DNA of 64,000 nucleotides from Takakia lepidozioides (lineage: Eukaryota; Plantae; Bryophyta), in contig CM060733.1 in NCBI GenBank assembly GCA_030704615.1, positions 55,304,001 to 55,368,000 on the forward strand, in the 5' to 3' direction. This document shows positions 37,572 to 50,506 of the stretch, in pieces; within the stretch, counting starts at the first letter, position 1; every line of letters begins with the position of its first letter. The notes under the pieces were generated by a model that saw only the letters and a list, made by a program, of their open reading frames with translations, did not search any database and was not told the origin of the DNA. Made by a program: the position numbers and the translations under genes.

Positions 37572-40500
37572 TATTGGCAGCTACTTGTATCCCGGTTATC
37601 AGCGTCCCGTTCGTCCATCAGCATCAGGTCACATCAGACTTGACGGTCACGGGACCTCCGTCACGTCAGGTTCGGGGAATATTTTGGTAAAAATAGTACC
37701 AGGTAAAATACTGCCACTTAAGCAGCCACGTCGCCGACACGGTGGCGGTGACAAATACATTTTAAAAAATAACAAAATGAACGCAACCGCCAATTATGGC
37801 GGTCGCACTGACGGTCGCTTTATTTTTTGAATTAAAAAAAGAAATAACGACCGCTATCTTGGCGGTCGCTTCAATTTATTTAAAAAAAAAAAACAAGATT
37901 GGCGGTCGCACAATTTTGTAAATATGTACAGAACAAGCGACCGCCATATGGCGGTCGGATAATTTCAAAAAAAAAAAAAAAAACGAGCGACTGCCATATG
38001 GCGGTCCGATAATTTAAAAAAAAAAAAAAAAAAAGCAGCGACCGCCATTGGGCGGTCACTTAATTTAAAAAATATATAGAAAAACAAACAACCGCCATAT
38101 GGCGGTCGGTAAATTTAAAATTATATTAAAAAAACAAGCGACATATGAAAATCAAAGTGACCGCCACACCGGTGGTCGCTTGTTTTAAAACAATACAATA
38201 TTTGCGACCACCAAAGCGGCGGTCGCATCAATTTTAAAATATATATTAAGTTTAAGCGACTGCCAGCCTGGAGGTCGCTTAAACTTGAAAATATAAAGAT
38301 TAAAAGCGACCGCCTTACTGGCGGTCGCGTTTATTTTTAAATATTAAAAATAAAAGCGACCGCCATATCGGCAGTCGCATGAAATAAAACAATAGCGACC
38401 GCCATACGGGCGGTCGCTTAAATTTAAAAATATACAAACTAGAAGTTACCGCACTATTGCACAAAATGAAAGGAAATAAAAGCGATTGGAGTAGTGGCGG
38501 TCGTTTGTTTTTCATAAAAAAATAAAAATAGCGACCGTAGTATTAGCGGTCGCTTAATTTCAAAATTATAACAAATATGGTTGTACAGCCTTTTTCGGGT
38601 GGGCGCTATTGGTTCGTCATTTATTCATTTCACTTTCATTTCACTTTCATCATTCTTGGATCATATATCATGGTGGAGGGTCACCATGCTCCTCACTTCT
38701 TTTGGCGCAAACACTTGAGGTTGCTTTTGATGTTCTCTTCCATTGAACGAGAGTGTAGCCCAAGAAGAGGGTGCGCACCTTTTGCCGTTGTGGCTTCCAC
38801 CAAAGTCACTTCAGCAGATTGTGTATAAGCTCAACACTACAACCCACATCGACCCACTTGGGTTGCTGACAGGTGTAGAAGTGTTGGGCTATCGCATTGC
38901 ACTCTACATTCACAACACGTTCATTTATAGGTGACTGTTTTTTTGTTGCTTATATCGCTAGGGCCCAGGGGAGTGGATATTGGGTGAAGATGAGGGAGGA
39001 ATTGAGCCCTTGGTATACGACAATCCCGAACACTGTCAGTGCTACTGGTAGTATTGAGTGCAACCTATGTGGATTAAAGTTTTCTTATCGTAATGATCGG
39101 TTGCTCGCTCACCTCGGCTTTAAAGGTGTGAAGAGTGTTGGGGTGGGTTTATGCCCTAAAACATCTATGGGGGTAGAAAGCCACTTTGCCCAGTGTGGAG
39201 GCAATATTCCAATGTCTTTGGATCTGGACATGACCTCTGAGCAGAACACTCCATCTTCCCGTCAGGATGCCCCGATTAGTACCCAGAGCGACTCTTGTGA
39301 GGCTTCGGGTGTCCTTGGACAAGTGGGTTATGCCGGAGCAACACCCGTTTCAACACCCGTTTCAACACCTCTTTGTACCCTACACTTCAACGGAGTAGAG
39401 GATTACGGCAGCGATCCATGTAGGAAGGTCTTAACTTGTTTGCAAAAAGACAGTTAGATAAAAAATTGGTGCAGTTTTTCTTCGAGACCAACATACCATT
39501 TAATGTGACAAGGCTTCCGGCATTTGTTTCTGCTGTTAGAGCAACCTCGGAGTCCAGATCCACGTACGTGCCTCCGACTTATCATAATCTCCGCACATGA
39601 TTACTAGAAGACGCCATGATCGAGCTTACCCAAAATGTCAACGATAGGACGGGCGAGTGCATCAGAAAATATGGAAGCACTATATGTGCCGATGGTTGGA
39701 GTTCTGTTACAAACAGACCGTTGTTCAATGTCATGCTCGTATGTCCAGCTGGGGAACAATTCTTGGCGGCGAGAAGGAAGATGAACGTTATCAATGCCAA
39801 CTATTGACGGACTTCATCGAACAGGTTGGAAGTGATAGAATCGTGCAAATATGCACAGACAATGCTGCTAACATGAGAAACACTGCAGACATGTTGTTGG
39901 CACGTTATCCCCATATGTACTATCAAGGTTGTGCTGCTCATATCCTTGACCTCATTTTGGAAGATTGAGGAAAAGAACAGTGGGTGAAACAACTTGTCAA
40001 GCGAGCGAAGACTGTTGTGTCGTTCATCCGCACATCCCACATCTCTTTGGCAATATATATGAGGCATGAACCCAAATACAGCCTCCGCGCGCAATCCAGA
40101 TGAAACTCGTTTTGCCACTAACTTCTTGATGGTGGATCGGTTGGTGACGGTGAAGAGCAGTCTGGAACACACCATCATCGATCCTCAATGGGATGCGTAC
40201 ACACGGACATTGCGGGACTTCAAAAAAGCCAAGTCAGTGGGCAAAAGTCGAAAAGTTCGAAATAGCATTCGCAGCGATGATTTCAAGAAGAAATGTGAAA
40301 ACTTTGTTTATATGGTAGAGCCGGTGTTAATCGTCTTGTGGGAGTTTGATGGAAAGCAACCAGTAATGGGCAAGACATGGTTACTAATGCAAAATCTTGA
40401 GAAGCACGTCCAATCCTTGAGGCATCCTCCCTTCTCCTTGGAACCTGAACTTGCGGACAATGTTAAGGATGCATTTTACGACCGTCGTTCGATGGTTCGA

Positions 40501-41147
40501 ACGGATTTTCATTATGCGGGGGCTTTGCTCAATCTATTCTTGCTCGACAATACCATGCTCCGAGACGACGCTGCGGAATGCAAATTCCTCTCATACCATG
40601 CTGCAGCATCATCCGTTGCCATCTCACGTAGCAGTCGGCAATTGGTATACACATACACCAATTTGTCAGCCCTCGCGGGATTCAACCTGTTGCGAATCTT
40701 GTTGTGAACAAATGAGTAACTGCTCCAATTACGTTTGCAAGATGAGGCAGAGCACACTTGAGCAAGAATACGCTTCGCAATGGGAGCCAATGTTCTTGCT
40801 CCAGCTCCAATCAGATCCCACCATTCATGTGGCAACATATTGAGCTCTTTTGGATCCGGCATGTCCTCAAAAGGGTCGCGGCAATCTGAGAAGTATTGGT
40901 ACTCGTAGCTCTCTTTGCCATGTTCGGCGGAGCCAGTCGCATGAACACTCGCACGAGGCCGGCCTTGGCATCTGCATCTGAGGTAGATTCGATGAGTGAC
41001 GATACTGAGCCTCAGAGAGAATCATCTCAGAGGGAATCATTTGCCTCCGATAGTGAAGATGGATCCGATGATGCTCCCGAAAATGCGTATGACCCGTGCG
41101 CGACAATATATATATATATATATAACCGGATAGGTAACTGCCCGGTA
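37572..41147 (+). mobile_element. Degenerate hAT DNA transposon
   Basis: BED finger 'IECNLCGLKFS...LLAHL', DUF659-like 'STICADGWSSVTNRPL', 'VQICTDNAANM', 'CAAHILDL', 'ETRFATNF' and dimerisation motif 'SASSCKRNWS'. Weak terminal similarity between 37572 and the reverse complement of 41124-41147. Confidence 0.8.
37730..38556. repeat. Array of GCGACCGCC-N4-GGCGGTCGC palindromes separated by A/T-rich spacers
   Basis: About 15 or more copies at 40-60 bp spacing, e.g. AGCGACCGCCATATGGCGGTCG at ~37937. Confidence 0.85.
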
Positions 41148-41149
41148 TT

Positions 41150-44100
41150 AGAGAGAAATTCAAGGGCGGAGCTCCGCGGTTTGCGGAAGGAGACCCCAAC
41201 GGTCTCTTCGTCTCTCTCGTTACCTTTCTCTCGTATTTACTATCCTGGTCGGGTCATCTTCATAATAGATTCCAAATGTATTATCTATAACCTCTCCATT
41301 AACAGGCAAATCGCCTCTTTAAACTCTAGATTTTGACGTATCTACATGCCATCCTTTCTCGTTTTGGGCTCTACCCTTTCTTCATCCTTCCTTCTACTAC
41401 TGTTGAACTCAAGTCTCCTTTCATCAACATCATGTATTGCCACCTTTCTAACCCCTCCTTTTGCTTCCCTATCCTCATTTAAGTCTCTCTCTTTTATCGG
41501 CGCTGTCTCTCTTAGACACACTTCGGAGAGCCGCCTTCATTTATGGGGACTGCCACCCTTGTCGACTGAGTTACCACCAAGCTAACACCGCTAAAACCTA
41601 TGCAACTTCCCTCACTCACGCTCTTGCTTCACTGAGTGTTCTTGCAGCCGCCTTGCTTCATTACCTCTGATCTCCTGCGTGGAGCGTTCCTGCGTGGAGA
41701 GTTTTCTTTTCTCTTACTACTGCCTATCTAGCCTCTCTTCTTTCTTATAGATATCATGTTTCCCTCTGGTATCAGTTCTTCTCTACCCAACGACCTTTTA
41801 GGCTCACGCTTCCCCAGGGATCCCACGCTGCCAATGCGAAGAAGACACCAGCCCTCCTCGGGCACAGGCTTCTACATGGCGCATCAGGCCCAGACCAGGC
41901 AGGACCAAGGCAGAGGCCCTGCAAGGGTACCCCATTCTTTCCCCTTCCACCCCCTCTCTCCCCCTCGCCCTCCCCCGTGCTTCCCAAAATAGACCCATTG
42001 GTGATGGAGGGACCTTTATCACCGTCTTCAGAGTTGACTTGGAAATCCCCCAAGACGTGCTGGACAGTGATCTTGGACCCTTGATTCCGGTGGAACTCCA
42101 GGGAGTGGACAACCGAGTTTCTACAATGGAAAAACATGGGATTCTACTGCACTTCCCAGGGCGCAAAGTTAAAAGGGCACATGTCAGAGACTGGGCAATT
42201 CGCCACCTGGGGGGCCTGAAGAGCTTAGACAGCAGTTTTGTCACTACAAGGGTAGAGGTTTTTCTCCATTGTCTTTGAGAATCCTGAAGTTGCAGCTCAA
42301 GCTTTGCTTTTCAACCCTCATACCCAAGGTTTCAATGTGAACATATTTCCCTGGTCTTCTGAATTAGGGAATCGAAATGGAAAGCTTTGGGGCCCCAGGA
42401 TCCTCTCAATTCCATTAATTCCGGATCAATACCTAGGCAATCTACCAGATATCGCCAACCACTTTGGCTCTTACTTGGGGTGTCTGTCAGTATTTGATCC
42501 TCAGATGTGCACAGAGAACTTGCGCAAGGATCCTGCTTGGAAGACAGGTACTATTGCCTCTCGTCTCCATGACTCTGGTTGTCCCAAGATTGTACTGATG
42601 ATGCCTAAGGATGTTGTCCTACCTGCATGTGTGAGGCTCCCTATAGATACGGAAGGTAATTACTACACTATCAAAATCATTGAGGAATCCACATCATCGG
42701 CATGCTTCAACTGCGGTAAGCTGGGACACTTTAAAGCGGACTGCCTATCTGCAAAGCGAAAAAGATCTTCACCAGTACAAACACCGGAGGGCCCCCTCAG
42801 GCCAGTTCTTGACCGTCACCACTCTATCTCGGCATGCTTTCAGTCCCGTCACTGCATTCAGGACACAATGCAAATTAAACCTCCAGGAGCAAATTTCTGT
42901 CGCACTTCCTCTATGGACCCAATGCAAATTGAGGCTAGCTATTGTTACTACCCTCATCCCTCAACAAGAAAGGCTCAGGGGCAATTCTCCGGTACTCCCC
43001 TTCTGGCTTCTACTGAAATACCAACCATTTAGCTTGTTCAACCCACCAAGACTGTTTGGCCATCTAGCATACCAGTTCCTAGAATTATTGCCGGAATTGC
43101 CATCGACCCTATGTTTGCCATATTTGCTTGCGGCTGAATTCCCTTCCAAGCCTGGAATTGAAGGGTTGTTCTGCTTTGCAAGCCAAGGATGCCCCCAAGG
43201 CTGTTTGCATTACCCCCCTCCTTTTCCGCCAAGGTAATCTCCCATCTATACTGGTCACATCAGATGACTTTGAGCTGGTCGAGTCCCTCTGGATTACAGC
43301 GGATGATATTAGGCAATTTTCTCTTTCTTGCTCCACGGATGGCAACCCTGTTACGATGCTAAGGCTGAAAATTCAGAGATTCCTTCGAGCTTTTTTCCCG
43401 CATTACTTATTGTCCACAACAGCAAAGATTACATGGGGAGCGTACCTGGAGGAATACCCAGGCCTAGGTACTAGACCCAACACAAACATTCTAGCTCTCG
43501 TGGAAGAAGCGGAGGTTTATCTATCCGAACCCCCCATTGGAGCGCTATGGCTCTCGGAAGCTGGCCTCTCTACCCCGAGAGGAGGTCATAGGCTTCAAAT
43601 CAGGAACCAAGATACCCTGGTCAATGGATTCCAATTGCTGTTAGCTTGCTCGAGGGCGGAAATTGATGAAGACAATCATAGGATGGAAATCCAGAGAACC
43701 AAAGATCACCTCAATGGAATAAGAGCTCCTACATCAACTCCTACCTCTTCCAACTTGGTGCTGGATTCATCCTCGGAAGAAGCAGCTGCCAATTTTCCAG
43801 ATCCAAAGGCATCCTCAGGAGAAGCTGTGGCCACTCTTCCAGTTCCTGTGACAACAACACTGATGCTGTCCTACTCCCTCCCTCCTGCCTCAACCAACGA
43901 TCACCATGTTTCTTGCCGACCCCTCCCATCTCCTACTCCACAATCTCCAATCCAGGTTCTTGCCTCTCTTATGCCTTGTATTTTCTTTCAAGTTCTTTCA
44001 AGAGACACATGCAGATGTTGGCTTCTCAGTTGCAAGATTAAAAAGTAGGGTAATCGTCAGGCTAGACCACTTCTCCCATCGCTATCCATACCTTCCTCTA

Positions 44101-47100
44101 TCCCTTTAGGATCCATTGCCTTGGATTCAAGAGAAATGCATCCCCTCCTCCAGGCTCTACAAAACGCTGAATTTTTCCCTAACCCAGTTACCTTCGTCTC
44201 CCTTTCTTTACAAGAGGTACCATTCCACCAATTCTACCCAAAAACATCCAGGCCACCTGCAGATATCTTCCATGCTCTCTTTATCCAGATCCTCAAGAAA
44301 TCCCCCAAACCTCCCGTCGGGCATCAATGGGCTAAGTCCCTTCTTCCCGCAGACTGTAGAGTCAGATTTACTTTCCTTCAAAATGGGCCATCAAATGAGA
44401 CCTCCTATCTCGCCCTTCCTCAGCCATCTAATGATACTTAACATAACATCGTGGAACATTAATTATGGGACTTGGGGCCGACCCTAACTCCCTCAAGCGC
44501 CTCAAAATCAAATCATGGTTAGGCCCCTACCTCCTAAAAGACTCAATCATTTTCCTGCAAGAACATAAACTAGACCCTACGAAAATAAACTCGCTGTCAG
44601 ACCATTTATGGCCTTTGGCCTCGGCCTTCTGGAAGCCCACCTCTGAAGGAACTAAAGGGGGACAACAATCCTCCTCTCCCCCTCATTGCAAAGCCTTGTC
44701 ACTTCTGAGGCCTGTTGGATACCTGGCAGAACTCAAATGTGTGTCCTCACCCTTCCCAATAACACGGGGACCATTGGACTTCTTAACATTTATGCCCCCA
44801 ACACGGCAGCTGAAAGAAGTGACTTTTGGTCGTTTTTGGATGATCATATATATGCAAGTAGAAAACTCTATAGATAGCTGGATTGTTGTCGGTGATTTTA
44901 ATATGATAGAAAGCCAGGAGGACAGGAGAGGGGCAGGCTCCTTCTCACCTAATTTAGATGAGATGGACAGATGGCTCTCATGCACTCAAAACAATGGTCT
45001 AACCGAAGCGGCCCCCCCCCTCGCAGCAAGGGGATGGCCTCTCCTTCTTGTCTCTCGGCTATCTTGAGTCTGATCTCATTGGTCCACCAATTAATAGCTC
45101 TACCGCAGACAAGTAGGGACAAACAACAGATCTCTCGGGGATCTTTGTATGGCTTGCTTAGACAGAGCATATGTCTCTCTAAACCTCGTTCAATGGGCGG
45201 CAAGAGACATTCAACAGCCAATTCCCCTGGGCTTCGATCACGCACCCATTTCTCTCACAATCACCGTTCCCTCGGTTCAGAAAAGGGGTAGAGGCATATA
45301 CAAGCTTAAAAGTCTTCTTCTTCAACTTCCCTCCTTCAAACAAGAGCTATTGGAATCCTGGTCTCAAGCCGGAAACACCTCTCAGACCCCAACTGACAGA
45401 TTTGTGGCCAAGCTTAGGGCTGTTAATATAGTTAGCCAAAGACTTAGCCAAAACTTGGCCTTGGTCAGGAAGAGGAAAGTCAAGGCTCTCACCAAGTGTC
45501 TCACAGTTTGCCAGAAGAGGTTGGAGTCCTCCCACTGTGACAATCACACATTCCAGACGTACATGCAGGCTATGAACAATATGGATGTACATCACAGAAT
45601 GCAAGAAAGAAAATGGAAGCTTCAGGCGGGGGTCACCTGGTCAACCAAGGGAGAGAAAATGAACAAATATTTCTTTGATAAGATGAAGCTTAGAAGAGCC
45701 TCTCAGTGCATTTTCGAGTTGATTGACCAGACCACATGCCTCTCTGCTTCAACCCCAAAAGCAATGGCAAATCTGTCAGCTGCCCACTTTAGACAGCTCT
45801 TTCAGAGCAACCAAGGCTTCCATCTCCCATCGCCTGCCCAAACACATTGTCTTCATAATACCCCTAGAATTCTGACCCCTCACACTGCTGAGGTCTTGGA
45901 GGGCCAGTTCACAGAAATGGAATTAGAGAACGCCCTCTTCAAGCTTCAAACAACAAATCCCCCGGCATGGATGGGATTCCAGTAGAGTTTTACAAGGCCC
46001 TATGGCCAGAAATATCTGAGGATTTCACGACGATGGCTAACCATCTCTTTGAGAGCGGAGTTATGCCAACATCTATGTCCCAAGGAGTCATCACTCTGCT
46101 TTTTAAAAAAGGAGACAAGACCAATATATCAAACTACCGGCCAATTACTCTGCTGAATGTGGCTTACAAGATAGTGGCAAAGGCTCTAGCTCTGCGCCTT
46201 CAACCACTCCTTCCTTCCATCATTCGCCCCAACCAGCCAGGGTTTGTGAAAGGAAGGTATATCTTAGACAACCTGCTGTTAGCTCAGGAGCTCCCCCATT
46301 TCGCTCACAGAACTAACCAAGCAATAGCCATGCTCCTCCTAGATTTTGAGAAGGCCTTTGATAGAGTTGAGTGGAGCTTTCTACTGGCAGCCTTGTCAAG
46401 GATAGGGTTCCCACAGTCTTTCTGCAAATGGGTTCGGATTCTCCTAACCTCTTCATCAAGCAGAGTCATTCTTAATGGTCAACTTTCAGCCTCCTTCCCC
46501 CTACAAAGATCAGTACGCCAAGGCTATCCTCTTTCTCCATTCCTTTTCCTTGTCGTGGCAGACTCCTTGGGATATATGCTTCAGAATGACACGCTGATCA
46601 AAGGACTCAGGATAACCAACTACATTACCAAGCAAAGGTCCCAAGTCATTGACTCAATGTTTGTCGATGATACCTTTTGATGCTTCAAGCTAACTAGCAA
46701 AACTTGGACTCCACTGAGACAACCCTCAATGCCTTCTGCTCAGCCTCTGGCTTCAAGATCAATTGGGACAAGACCTCTGCCCTGCTAGTGGGTGATATTT
46801 CAGCTTCAGGGCTTGGTGCCTCTCCTAATTGGGGTGCAAACCATGGCCTAAAATGGCTTCGTCCAAGGGACACTACAACCCTCGTGGGCTATACTTTTGG
46901 GATAGACCTCACTGACACTCAGAAATTCAAACCGGTCTTAACCAAGCTCAAGCACAAGCTCTCCTACTGGGGAGGCAAACACCTCTCCATCGCAGGAAGG
47001 GTCATCATTGCCAATCAAATTCTATCCGTGGGGATTTGGTTCTATGCGGCAATTTGGCGTCCCAATTCTTCTCAGATCCAAGAGGTTAGAAGGCTCCTTA

Positions 47101-49352
47101 GAAATTATGTATGGGGTGCGGGGAACTCTACTGAGAGTAAGAGACCTTAGGTGGTTTGGAATCAAATTTGTCGCCCAAGAATAAAGGGGGGCTAGGGATC
47201 ATAGACCCAGATACCCAGATCTCCGTTTTGTTGGCCAAATGGATTCCTAGATTCTTGGGGCCAGAAGGGGGTCTATGGAAGTTCCTGGTCTACGACAACA
47301 TCTCTCTCTCCTCCCCTCTGAAGGTCTCCTCTTGGGCACCCTCTCTACGATGGATTGCACATGGTTTCAAGCATAAACCGGTTGGCTCCAATCTCTGGAT
47401 TAACATTTGGAGGGCCTGGGGCACGTTTCGACAGTTCCTTGTTCAAAAACCACCCTCTTCATTCTACGAGATTCTTCGCCAGCACTTGTTCCTTAATACA
47501 AACAATCCTTCTCCTCAGCAAAAAACCAAGCCAAACGCCGGTCTTCCTGGGACCGTCTCGGGATCTGCCAGATCAACAATATTTGGGTAAATAATGCCTT
47601 TAAGTCACTATGTAAACCATAGGCCCATTGTTGGACAGGCTAGAGCGACCACTGGTTATCAAGACATCATTAGCTCTCTACCTCAACCGTGGATTGAATC
47701 TCTTCAAGTTGGTCCATCTCTTCCCCCCCCCACCTTTTTGGGCACTGGTCATCCTGCAAAATAACCTTACCATTCTTTTTGTCACAGACATCACTCCCAT
47801 CCACCACTCTGTATTTTCATTCAGCATAGACTCTACATCCCTCACTCTTACCCTTCTCTCAATAAACCCATTGAACATACCTCCAGGGCCACTTACCCCT
47901 GTCAGAATATGCGGATGGTCGATTCCAGGCAAACCCCTGGACCCCAAACCAGATCTCCTTACGCCACTGCATCAATGGCTGGACTGCAACACCTTTCTTT
48001 GGATTCTGGGTCGTCCACTGGCTGAGTTGGAGCTTGATCCAATGGAGTGGTCATGGAAGTTTGCTAGGGAGCTTGAGCCCTTCTTCTCCTACACCACAAG
48101 TAAAGGTTACAAAGTCCTCTCCAATTTTCACTGCCTGAAGAATAAGTGGGAAGCCAAATAGGACCACTACGGCTTCAGGAACAAAAACTGGCCAGCCATA
48201 TGGGGCTATGTTTGGATCAAAAGTCGACCAGCAAAAATAGCAGCCTTCCTCTGGTAAGTGGCAAATATGGTGTGCTAAAAGTGGGGGAGTGGTTGCAATT
48301 CCAGGCAGCTCTTTTATGTAAATGTTGTACACACAACATCATGGAATCCCTTGAGCATTGTCTCCTTCAATGTCAAGCGCCAGCCAAGGTTTGGCCTCTG
48401 GTGAGAGTGTTCTACAGATTCTGGAACCCTAGGGTCTTATCCCTCCTGGACATCCTTTTAAATTACAATTAGGGATCTAAACAGAGAGCTATATCTTGCC
48501 CTGTTTTTGAGACCCTCAGGAGCTCCACACTTTGGCAACTGTGGAAAGCTCGTTGCAAAAAGACCTTTTCAGGTGACACCCTAACCATTTTTGCCTTGCT
48601 TGCATATATCTTCTATGATCTGGGGATAGAATCAAGGGAAGCTTGGTCCAAAACATGTGCAAATATTGAGCGTAATTCAAGCAATGCGGCAGCAATTCAT
48701 GCTACCTTCCAGAGCACCTGGGGCCTCCGTGGACTTATCTGCAACTCCCCAGAGATCGACAACTGCGTCTGGAATGACCTTCCACCCGCTTGTTGGCATG
48801 ACCATTGCTCGACCCTGCACAGTGTCTCCTGAGTTCGATCAAGATATCAACTGGAAGCACCTTAGGCCCTCATCGTCTGAGCTTCCAGGGCTTCAGTACA
48901 GATAGGGTTGTTTCACTTTCCAGGGGATAACATGGTACTCGGTTCTCATAGGGTGCATCCATTTTGGAAGGGATCAGACGATCCCAACTTGCTTCCTTTT
49001 CTATGATGTTTTGAATGATAGTTTTTGGGCAACGAGTTCCTGAGGTGTTCCTCTCTAGCATTCATAAAATGCAAACTGGGTTACCATGCATAGCTTAGGG
49101 CTCTGCTATAATTCTCATAGTCATGCGATCCTGCAGACATAGTAGCTTCACCCTTAGTTGCAGCCCTAGGGCAGACAGATCTTCTTCACTGATCATTCTC
49201 TCGTACTGAGAGGAAGGGTTCGTTCTTCACTGCTTGCAGTGTGTACTTGCCTTGTGGCTCATCCGGGGTTTTAATTTTTTTCCCCACAATAACTTATAAT
49301 AAAGTTCTCAAGGGCTACTAACCCTTTCTGGGAAAAAAAAAAAAAAAAAAAA
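41150..49352 (+). mobile_element. Near full-length L1/Tx1-like LINE with frameshifts
   Basis: ORF1 region with zinc knuckle 'CFNCGKLGHFKADC'. ORF2 with APE endonuclease ('NITSWNI', 'IFLQEHKL', 'GDFN', 'LDRAY', 'DHAPI') and RT ('NYRPITLLN', 'DFEKAFDRVEW', 'VRQGYPLSP', 'FVDDT'). 3' poly(A) at 49333-49352. The 5' end is approximate. Confidence 0.9.
44430..48832 (+). pseudogene. LINE ORF2 (endonuclease, RT, C-terminal Zn-binding region), disrupted
   Basis: Motifs spread over several frames (44465, 45149, 45967, 46704, 47156, 48146). Confidence 0.85.
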
Positions 49353-50506
49353 ACGCCCAACACTGGTAAGCAATAACAACTCCTATTATGAGAATGGTGG
49401 GAACAAATTCGCTTGAGAAACAAATAAGTACTAAGTATATAGAACTTGAATGGATGCTTGCCGCCTACAATGATACCGTTACTTATACAATAGTATGTGT
49501 GCTTGTTTGAATGACAGCCTCACTATATATCCTGTCAACCAAGATGTGGGGCCTCTGGAGGGCGGCTGCTGTGTGGGCCAAGGACAGGTGCAGCCTCACG
49601 CCGGACGATGAGGCCAACTCACGTTGTATCCTGCACTTGGCGTTGGCTGCTGCTACATGCGGATTTTGCTCTCACAACGAGACAAAGTCGGTAGTTTCAA
49701 GTTCAAGGACGAAGTCATAAGAACCGTGTCAGGAAAAAGCTCACTAGATTATTAGATTGAGTTACTGTCACGGGTTGCATGTCACTATGTTGCAGTTTTG
49801 TTTTGTGGATCTTAAGGATAATCTCACAACACTTAATGTAAAAATGTGAGTCCGATAAAGAAGAATTCAGGCAGGGGGAATCTTAGAAACAAGAATCGAA
49901 CAACTCTCAGAGAATTATCACGCTGTTATTAAGCTGGCAAGGCATAAAGGCGACCCAAAGGCGACCGAAGCATATCCGTCCAGTGTGTGTCTCACACAAC
50001 CGATGCTTACACAGCGATGGGGGTTTGGGAAAGTTCCTGATGCCTCAATATTTAACATCTCCAGGCTCCCCTCTCAATTATCTCGCAACACCCACTTTGG
50101 ATCCTCGTGCTGTGTGGCTGGATCTAGGAGGGAGAGAGAGGGGAGGCCGGAGAGAAAGGGCACGTATGAGAAGCGACCCATTCAGGGTGATAGACAGGAT
50201 CATATGGGTTTGCGGGCAGACAGATTGACAGGTCCGGATGGGAGCTGACAAACTTGTTTAAACTCACATGTACGGTGGATTTTGTCAAAGCATCTGAGAA
50301 ATTGTGCTTGAGCAACAGACGACCACGGATAGTTTGAGATTAACTGCAGTCTGCATGGTCATTTGACTGATCGTGGGGTATAAATTTGAGCACGACCGAC
50401 AAAGAGAGAGAAGTGAAATCTCAGGCTAGCTGGGGATCCTAGGATGGAGATGGGTGCTAGAAACACAGACAGATGAGAGACAAATTCTGCAAAGGTTTGT
50501 GCCAGA

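Noticed and set aside
41150-49370. TSD for the L1-like LINE
   Set aside because: No convincing upstream match to the sequence after the poly(A) was found.
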